Of a DNA stretch of 23,415 bases, positions 18,401-23,415 are shown piece by piece. Under the pieces are notes generated by a model that was given only the letters and a program-made list of their open reading frames with translations, had not been told where the DNA came from and ran no database searches. Within the stretch, counting starts at the first letter, position 1, and each line of letters opens with the position of its first letter. This stretch comes from Myxococcota bacterium (GTDB taxonomy: Bacteria > Myxococcota_A > UBA796 > GCA-2862545): NCBI GenBank assembly GCA_039208735.1, contig JBCCQY010000148.1:1-23415 (forward strand), given 5' to 3'. Both the position numbers and the translations under genes were made by a program.

Positions 18401-18708
18401 ACGGGAACGGGGGTCGCCAGCACCATCTCGTGCATTTGTGCGGTGCGGTCCCGTACTACGGGCTGCGCATAGACCCACGCCCACGCGATGAACAGCCAGA
18501 ACGTGTTGCCTGCGACCATCAGGTAGAGCACAAACGGCGAATTGCGCGCGACATCCACCGCACCGAGCTCACGCAGGTAGCCCGCGTGCGACAGCACGAG
18601 CACCATGTAGCCAGCCAGCAACGCGAACATCACCCACGTGAAGGGGCTCGTCAGCCCGGAGCGGGCTTCGTGGTAGGCCTCGGCCAATAGCGTGCGCAGG
18701 CGACTCAC
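15472..18708 (-). CDS. ABC-2-type permease (two membrane halves) fused to a degenerate M1-aminopeptidase-like domain (1078 aa)
   Basis: Start moved to GTG 18708 (GTGA overlap with the ATPase stop). Two permease halves (VVRDRTAQMHEMVLATP; FRRDDAIGFSEMLDACP), NRLVW and YE/WEK.W-like motifs. The soluble C-domain has WLTEG and a terminal ERTPTDN but no HEXXH. Confidence 0.85.
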   Translation of the reverse strand: MSRLRTLLAEAYHEARSGLTSPFTWVMFALLAGYMVLVLSHAGYLRELGAVDVARNSPFVLYLMVAGNTFWLFIAWAWVYAQPVVRDRTAQMHEMVLATPVPVSSLLGARFLGASVTALVIAASSPLAAFVIEPMAAVGLYDAGTVMPTPWGTLGWAWLCLAVPSAFGYGALFLVAAIRTRSTAGPFAVATAMVLLWMAAMVIVKGGDIDPLTAGIIDPSAYAEVEYQVLAWTPAERMTAWLEWTPALVVNRLVWGLLPLGLLPFVLVTTRREHLVLERAPRNRKFAKSVTVPPGSFSPSPNQTSWVHATLEDARWQLGLALRGPGLWVTAVLLLAMGMAGGFVHILGHARGPILPRAEIVGPLMANFQYIVLAFVILAVVGAVFRRDDAIGFSEMLDACPAPPGVRFVASVLTATILIVGFSLLPAMASTVLIAAFASSEAAWASPWIYQLTVLAPALLEIGAVVVLCHTALRSPGLAYGLSIATVFVLVVNHELDLVSYPTFEFAIPSAIEVSALTGWAPWAGLVSVSVLYKLSVSVLVMGIGYLFVVRGVESDFATRGPVAVRRLRGAAGVVLVGATVVAGASAVVQYQQYVTRGGYASSGQELADDAAWEKAWASEAAPWSVAGGSLALTVEPGRVQGTWSLADAQAAGGQLFAHVPDGFALQEATVDGATVSPRLAEDTLAVPLGDADPHDVTLRWTVMDEGWSAHGEPHWSLSQGTWMRAEHAVPRLGLDPRRILRSPRYRRNHDLPPSVPELSATATTAAYGVAPAGDWTWTVTMRTPDGDVLRKGRTEGHLEFVAWWAPRLRSHPASGLTVLAGPGFTDAAREVAEDIEQTTRALRARLPEVSPVTTVVQVPRVWGEPVMADGVLMLPEDHGWDVGPEGPGRSDRRAEIGAAIVRATLAERADLRDESGEAWLTEGIPRALALLAVGDLDGPEVATDLLSQWSQDLTLSLAASAVPVGSVGDAPPGSWAGEYAPLAALPWVGRQSPVELTETIDRLTTGRIADRLPTASLGAPRMSDLNLTSGDVQGQRWSWSDGGWAPSESHIEPWAWDGLVLDAWLSYERTPTDNGRL

Positions 18709-19583
18709 GCGGCCTCCCGCGGTGCATCGGCGAGGGCGACATGGTAGGCGTCCTCGAGTCGCGGAGGGTGAGGCTGGAAGGCGTCGGTCGGCGCCGTCGC
18801 ACTCCGGACGACCACAAGGGTGCCTTCGGGTCGCGCAGAGACGTGGATGGCTTCGGGAAGCGACTCGCCCCGAGGCACCACCCGTGACCACAACTGTCCC
18901 GCCAGCGGGGCCTCGAGTTCGTCGGGCGTGCCCTCCGCGACGATGCGTCCCTGGTCGAGGATCGCGAGGCGGCGGCACAGGTGCTCGACGTCTTCGACGA
19001 TGTGAGTGGACAGCAGCACCACGGCGTCCGTCGCGACCTCGGCGAGCACGCGATGGAACCGGTTGCGCTCGGCCGGGTCGAGCCCCGCGGTCGGCTCGTC
19101 GACGATGATCAGCCGCGGGGCCGCGAGCAGTGCGACGGCGATGCCAAAGCGCCGGCGCATTCCCCCCGAATAGGTCGCAACGGCCTGGTTGCCCGCGGCC
19201 GACAGGTTCACGCGGTCCAGCAGCGTCCCGACTTCACGGTCCCGCTCCGCCCGGTCCGTGCGCCCTTTGAGCCAGGCAAAGCGATCGAGGAGCTGACGCC
19301 CCGACACCGATGGATAGCTGCCGATGCTCTGGGGCAGGTAGCCAAGGTTGCGTCGCAGGTGGTCGGGGTCGGCCAGGCCATCGACGCCGTCGAGATGCAC
19401 CGATCCGCCGTCAGGGCGCTGCAGCGTCGCCAGCGTGCGCATCAATGTCGACTTACCGGCCCCATTCGGGCCAAGGAGCCCGTACATACCGGACTCGACA
19501 GTGAAGGAGACACCATCGAGGGCGCGAATGCCGTTGGAATACGTCTTCGAGAGGTTTTGCACGACGAGGCCAGGTTGGGACAC
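18705..19583 (-). CDS. ABC transporter ATP-binding protein (ABC-2/drug-exporter type)
   Basis: Walker A GPNGAGKST, Q-loop YLPQ, signature YSGGMRRR, Walker B IIVDEPT and H-loop LSTH. GTG start with GGAGGGAG upstream. Confidence 0.96.
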   Translation of the reverse strand: MSQPGLVVQNLSKTYSNGIRALDGVSFTVESGMYGLLGPNGAGKSTLMRTLATLQRPDGGSVHLDGVDGLADPDHLRRNLGYLPQSIGSYPSVSGRQLLDRFAWLKGRTDRAERDREVGTLLDRVNLSAAGNQAVATYSGGMRRRFGIAVALLAAPRLIIVDEPTAGLDPAERNRFHRVLAEVATDAVVLLSTHIVEDVEHLCRRLAILDQGRIVAEGTPDELEAPLAGQLWSRVVPRGESLPEAIHVSARPEGTLVVVRSATAPTDAFQPHPPRLEDAYHVALADAPREAA

Positions 19584-19601
19584 GCTCCCTCCATTGCTAA
19601 A

Positions 19602-19616
19602 TGAAAACGGTTTTCA
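19602..19616. promoter_or_regulatory. Fur-family operator upstream of the ABC operon
   Basis: TGAAAAC-G-GTTTTCA is a perfect 7-1-7 palindrome 18 nt upstream of the ATPase start. Confidence 0.8.
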
Positions 19617-19672
19617 CTTCTTCAGGCGTTTATCGACTGAACAACGCATCGCAACCGTCGCTCGGTCACCTT

Positions 19673-19694
19673 TGAAACCGAATTTCATTTTTCA
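19673..19694. promoter_or_regulatory. Second Fur-family-like operator upstream of the ABC operon
   Basis: TGAAACC-G-AATTTCA followed by TTTTTCA, forming an AT-rich island. Confidence 0.62.
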
Positions 19695-19916
19695 ATAGGA
19701 GATACGCAGGAAACGGTCACCCAAGCCCGCTCCCGTCTCCTCAACCGTGTCGCCACTGGACGCTCTGGCGTTCCACCGTGAGCCCGAGCTTCTCGATGGA
19801 GCGTCACAGCGCGTAGAGGTCCGTCGGGCGTAGCGACCGTGGCGAGGTCTCCCTTCTCGGCGACCTACGTGAGGAGAGAGTTGATGGCGCACGTACGCAA
19901 CCTGCGTTCCTCGGCG

Positions 19917-20444
19917 TCAGGGCGTGTCGCGGAGCTCGAGCGACGCGGCACTGCCTCCGACGACGTAGGAAGCCGCGCCTTCCACACCGTCAATCGAGAC
20001 ATCCCCCCATGGGACCTCGTCGAAGGGTACGATCTCGTAGGTCACGGTGACGGGCTCCTCTTCGGTGCCGTCGTCGAAGCTCGGAAGCGTCACGGCGACC
20101 ACGGGCTCCGCCATGGCGAGCGTGAAGCCCGAAAACGTAAGGTCGCCCACGGGCTCCGGGTGCGCGTCCGGGCTGACCGACAGCGAGAACAGATCCGTCT
20201 GGGTCAGCGACTGTGGCACGTCACCGAGGACGTACACCGTCACGCCCCCCTCGGGCACGTCGCCGTCCAGCGAAAGCGTGAACGTGGTCGACGAAGCCGG
20301 GGCTTCCGTCAGGGTCGGCGGCGCGATGGTCAAGCTGACCACGGGCTCGGCGTCGACACCGGTCTCACCCGTCTCGCCGGTGGGGTCGGAGGATGTCTCG
20401 GCGCAGGCAGGAAGCAGTACCACAAGGGCAGTCAATCGGAGCAA
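19917..20444 (-). CDS. Small acidic lipoprotein with a single Ig/Calx-beta-like domain
   Basis: TTG start with GAGG upstream, lipobox LPAC and a TGETGETG linker. The beta-rich domain VVSLT...TFTLSLDG.VP.GGVTV...TLP.FDDG.EE...VTY resembles Calx-beta-like modules. Confidence 0.75.
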   Translation of the reverse strand: MLRLTALVVLLPACAETSSDPTGETGETGVDAEPVVSLTIAPPTLTEAPASSTTFTLSLDGDVPEGGVTVYVLGDVPQSLTQTDLFSLSVSPDAHPEPVGDLTFSGFTLAMAEPVVAVTLPSFDDGTEEEPVTVTYEIVPFDEVPWGDVSIDGVEGAASYVVGGSAASLELRDTP

Positions 20445-20462
20445 TGGAGCCTCGCTGACCGA

Positions 20463-20483
20463 TGATAATGAATGTCGTTTTCA
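20463..20483. promoter_or_regulatory. Fur-family operator upstream of the small lipoprotein
   Basis: TGATAATGAATGTCGTTTTCA. The inner 19-mer matches the classical GATAATGATAATCATTATC at 14/19. Confidence 0.75.
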
Positions 20484-20542
20484 GTAGCAATTGAGAGAGG
20501 GGATCCGTTGACGCGTGCATCCACGAGGTTAGCCGTCCGAGC

Positions 20543-20565
20543 ATGAAAATGAATATCGTTTTCAT
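20543..20565. promoter_or_regulatory. Fur-family operator overlapping the receptor start codon
   Basis: ATGAAAATGA-ATA-TCGTTTTCAT is an inverted repeat with one mismatch. It matches the classical Fur 19-mer at 14/19. Confidence 0.75.
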
Positions 20566-22993
20566 CTGGCTTCTGGGAGCTGGGCCCGCTTGGGCACAGC
20601 CGGAAGCTCCGATGCCGGTTGAGCCGACGCCCTCCGACCCCGCGCCAGTCCCGGTCGAGCCTGTGCCGGAACCTGCCGAGCCCGAGCCGCCCCCGCCCGC
20701 TGCGCCGGCGGAGGGGTCGGTCACCGTGTCGCTGGCCGACCTACCCAACGACATCGCGGTTCGCATGCGCCTCATCCGTGCTGATGGCACCGCGCTGCCG
20801 CTCGTTCGTTCCGCTACCGGGGCGTTCGTGCAGCAGAAGGTGCCGATCGGATCCTGGATGATCGAGGTTGCCGATGACGAGACGGTGCTCTTGGAGCAAG
20901 TTGTCGAGGTGATTGCGGGCCAGACCACCCAAGTCCCTCTCTCGATGACGACCGACGACGACGTCACCGAGATTGTGGTGGTTGGCCTGACCGAGGCGAG
21001 CGAGATGCGCCGTTCGGCCGAGGCCGTGACCGTGGTCGAGACCGAGGAGGCCCAGCGGCAGTCCGCCGATCTCGGCGAGGTCATGGCCCGAACCCAGGGC
21101 GTCGGTGTACGTCGCGGCGGTGGGCTCGGCTCAGGTACGCGGTTCTCCCTCAACGGACTCACCGACGACCAAGTCCGGTTCTTCATCGACGGTGTTCCGC
21201 TCTCGCTTGCCGGCTACCCTCTGGGCCTTGCCAACGTGCCCGTCGACCTCGTACGGCGGGTCGAAGTGTTCAGGGGCGTGGTGCCCGTCCGATTTGGAGC
21301 GGACGCACTGGGTGGGGCGGTCAACCTCGTAAGCGAGTCCGAGCAGACGCGCACCGGCGGAAGCTTCTCGTACCAGGGGGGGTCGTTCGACACCCACCGG
21401 TTCGCCGCCAATGGACGCGGCAAGGCCGGGGGGCTGCGCCTCGCCGGGTCGGCCTACTTCGACACCTCTCGCAACGACTACGTCATCGACGTCGAAGTTC
21501 CCGACGAGCTCGGCCGGCTCTCGCCCACCGAGGTGCGTAGGTTCCACGATGGCTACCAGGCGGGTGGCGGCTCGGTCGAGGTGGGCGTCGCCGATGGCTC
21601 CTGGGCCGATGGCCTCACCCTGCGAGCGTTTGGGGCGGGATTCCGGAGGGAGTTTCAGCACAACGTTGTGATGACGATTCCCTACGGCGCGCCGGTGGGG
21701 ACGGTGATCACGGGCGGCACGATGTTGCGCTACCACCACAACCTCTCCGAGTCCGTTCGCATCGATGCGTTCGTGACCCCCACGCGGACCCGCCGCACCT
21801 TCACCGACACCGGCGACTGCATCGTCGACTGGTTCGGTCAGTGCGTGCGTGATCTCGACCCGGTGGGGGAGCTGTCGGTCGGCGGCATCGACGCCCGGGT
21901 CTTCGACAACAACCTCGTGGGGCGGCTCCGGCTCACCTGGCAGCCAAGCGACGGCCACACCTTCGAACTCGCGGTATCCCCGCAGACGTTCTCCCGGTCC
22001 GGCGAGAACCTGCTGTTGGACAACGAGGATGTACGTGACCCGCTGTCCGCCCGTCGGGACGCGAGCCAGCTGGTGAGTGGCCTTGAGCACATCGCGCGCA
22101 CCCGCGACGAACGGCTCGAGAACCGCGTGTTCGTCAAGCATTACGGCCAGTGGCTGCGTAGCGAGGAGCCGCTGCCGGGCGGGACCCTTCGCGACGTGAA
22201 TCGCAACACACAGCGGTTCGGGGCCGGCAACGGTACGCGGCTGCTGCTCGGTCAGTCCGCGTGGCTTAAGGCCTCCTACGAGTTCGCGACTCGGCTGCCG
22301 ACCCCCGACGAGGTCTTCGGTGACGCCGTGCTCGTGGTGGACAACCTCGAGCTACAGCCCGAGCAGAGCCACAACGTGAACCTGGGGCTGACCCTCGAGC
22401 CCCCGCCTGGCGCGACGGGGCGATGGACGCTCGACACCCAGCTGTTTGGTCGGTTCGCGAACGATCTCATCGTGCTGCTCGGCAACAGCCAGACATTTTC
22501 GTACTTCAACGTGTTCGGCGCACGCTCGGCAGGCCTCGAAGGTTCGGGGTCTTGGACGTCGCCTGGCGACGTCGTTCGCCTGTCGGCCAATGCGACGTGG
22601 CTCGAGTTCCGCAACACAAGCGACGAGGGCACGTTTGGCGACTTCGCGGGCGACCGCATCCCGAACCGGCCGTGGCTGTTCGCCAATGCATCGGCCCAAA
22701 TTGGTTCTTCGAACGTGGTGAGTGACGAGGATCGGCTCACGCTCGACTGGTACACGCGCTACGTTCACCCCTTCTTCCGGGGCTGGGAGAGCGTGGGACT
22801 CGTGCAGTTCAAGCAGGAGATCCCGGCTCAGCTCTCCCATGCGGTGGCCGTCACCTACGCCGTGCAGACCCCGCAGCGCCAGGTCAGCGTCTCGGCCGAG
22901 GTGCAGAACCTCACGGACGAAGCGTTGTTCGACTTCTTTGGAGTCCAGCGCCCTGGCCGATCGGTGTTCGGCAAGATTACCGTCGGTTTGTGA
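20543..22993 (+). CDS. mxcH: TonB-dependent siderophore receptor, MxcH (myxochelin receptor)-like
   Basis: Signal peptide (AWA-Q), Pro-rich linker, small N-terminal beta domain and TonB-box-like EIVVVG. Plug SAEAVTVVETE..SADLGEVMARTQGVGVRRGGGLGSGTRFSLNGL..RFFIDGVP..VEVFRGVVPVRFGADALGGAVNLV. Barrel ends NLTDEALFDFFGVQRPGRSVFGK. The TonB-receptor call is secure; MxcH orthology rests on recalled similarity. Confidence 0.9.
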   Translation: MKMNIVFIWLLGAGPAWAQPEAPMPVEPTPSDPAPVPVEPVPEPAEPEPPPPAAPAEGSVTVSLADLPNDIAVRMRLIRADGTALPLVRSATGAFVQQKVPIGSWMIEVADDETVLLEQVVEVIAGQTTQVPLSMTTDDDVTEIVVVGLTEASEMRRSAEAVTVVETEEAQRQSADLGEVMARTQGVGVRRGGGLGSGTRFSLNGLTDDQVRFFIDGVPLSLAGYPLGLANVPVDLVRRVEVFRGVVPVRFGADALGGAVNLVSESEQTRTGGSFSYQGGSFDTHRFAANGRGKAGGLRLAGSAYFDTSRNDYVIDVEVPDELGRLSPTEVRRFHDGYQAGGGSVEVGVADGSWADGLTLRAFGAGFRREFQHNVVMTIPYGAPVGTVITGGTMLRYHHNLSESVRIDAFVTPTRTRRTFTDTGDCIVDWFGQCVRDLDPVGELSVGGIDARVFDNNLVGRLRLTWQPSDGHTFELAVSPQTFSRSGENLLLDNEDVRDPLSARRDASQLVSGLEHIARTRDERLENRVFVKHYGQWLRSEEPLPGGTLRDVNRNTQRFGAGNGTRLLLGQSAWLKASYEFATRLPTPDEVFGDAVLVVDNLELQPEQSHNVNLGLTLEPPPGATGRWTLDTQLFGRFANDLIVLLGNSQTFSYFNVFGARSAGLEGSGSWTSPGDVVRLSANATWLEFRNTSDEGTFGDFAGDRIPNRPWLFANASAQIGSSNVVSDEDRLTLDWYTRYVHPFFRGWESVGLVQFKQEIPAQLSHAVAVTYAVQTPQRQVSVSAEVQNLTDEALFDFFGVQRPGRSVFGKITVGL

Positions 22994-23060
22994 TCAGACT
23001 CGCGCAAGCTTTGCTTGCTGCTGTTCTGATTTCGCGCAAGCTCCGCTTGCCGCTGATCAG
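22991..23060. repeat. Two tandem ~32-bp units, each with a GCAAGC-N3-GCTTGC mini-hairpin (REP-like)
   Basis: TCGCGCAAGCTTTGCTTGCTGCTG (23000-23023) and TCGCGCAAGCTCCGCTTGCCGCTG (23032-23055) are 21/24 identical. TGATCAG flanks the pair at 22991 and 23054. Confidence 0.6.
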
Positions 23061-23301
23061 CGTGCAAGAGCGAAGCGACGAAAGCTGACCGCGTGAACCT
23101 GCAGGCGCGTTGCGCCGGAGGCTGGCGGTGATCATTAGGAGAAGCTGCGTACTTCGTCGATTGGTCATAGCCTGGCGGTGGGATGGATCCCCTCGTCGTG
23201 GGATCTACCAGGGCATAGGGGCGACAAACTCGTTTTCCGGCTTCGGACGGGTGCCGATCTCAAAGACCCGCACGAAGCTTGCGCTATAGACGGTCCCGTA
23301 C

Positions 23302-23415
23302 GTGCTCGGAGTGGACGGGACGGAGTCGCTCGGGATCGCCGCCGATCCGGTCCGGCGGACCGTGGTCGAAGCGATGATGCAGTCGACGCACGCGCTCGGT
23401 TCCGAGTTCGCCCGC
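23302..23415 (+). CDS. Possible 5' end of a gene running off the window
   Basis: The frame is open for 38 codons from GTG 23302 (VLGVDGTESLGIAADPVRRTVVEAMMQSTHALGSEFAR) with GC-rich third positions. No motif recognised and the start is uncertain. Confidence 0.3.
   Translation, partial: MLGVDGTESLGIAADPVRRTVVEAMMQSTHALGSEFAR

Noticed and set aside
19692..19892. 66-aa minus-strand ORF between the lipoprotein and ATPase genes
   Set aside because: No SD, Arg/Ser-rich non-protein-like composition, and it ends inside an operator.
2589..22141. Long antisense or alternate-frame ORFs (e.g. 2589-3557, 5588-6466, 8626-9546, 13252-14184, 17662-18690, 21131-22141)
   Set aside because: They shadow motif-bearing genes, have no motifs of their own, and are expected in high-GC DNA where stop codons are scarce.
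11694..22993. Myxochelin biosynthetic gene cluster
   Set aside because: Only MxcH-like and MxcI-like genes are present; there is no isochorismate synthase, adenylation/NRPS or aminotransferase gene in the window.
22991..23060. CRISPR-like array
   Set aside because: Only two units, about 8 nt between the conserved cores, and no cas genes.

Overview
High-GC bacterial DNA, probably Myxococcota, judged from the MxcH/MxcI-like proteins, a MopE-type Asp/Cys repeat and the Cys-rich lipoprotein. The left part (1-8.8 kb) holds accessory genes: the 5' end of an Rnl2-type RNA ligase that the ORF track missed, a secreted mosaic esterase, a Cys-rich lipoprotein, an S41 peptidase, a beta-barrel-like protein, a Tat metallophosphoesterase and a TetR regulator. 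The right part (8.9-23 kb) looks like a single metal-regulated (probably iron/Fur) uptake island. Seven AT-rich TGAAA-N5-TTTCA-like operators mark five transcription starts plus a divergent lipoprotein gene. The island encodes an LCM/TcmP-type methyltransferase, an MxcI-like lipoprotein apparently co-transcribed with a LytS/LytTR pair (with a 21-bp-period direct repeat upstream), a PepSY-TM protein with two small membrane partners, an ABC-2 transporter whose fused M1-peptidase domain lacks HEXXH, a small Ig-like lipoprotein and an MxcH-like TonB-dependent receptor whose first codons are themselves an operator. No siderophore biosynthesis genes, TonB/ExbBD, mobile elements, CRISPR array or RNA genes were seen. 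All family calls come from reading motifs by eye, not from database searches.
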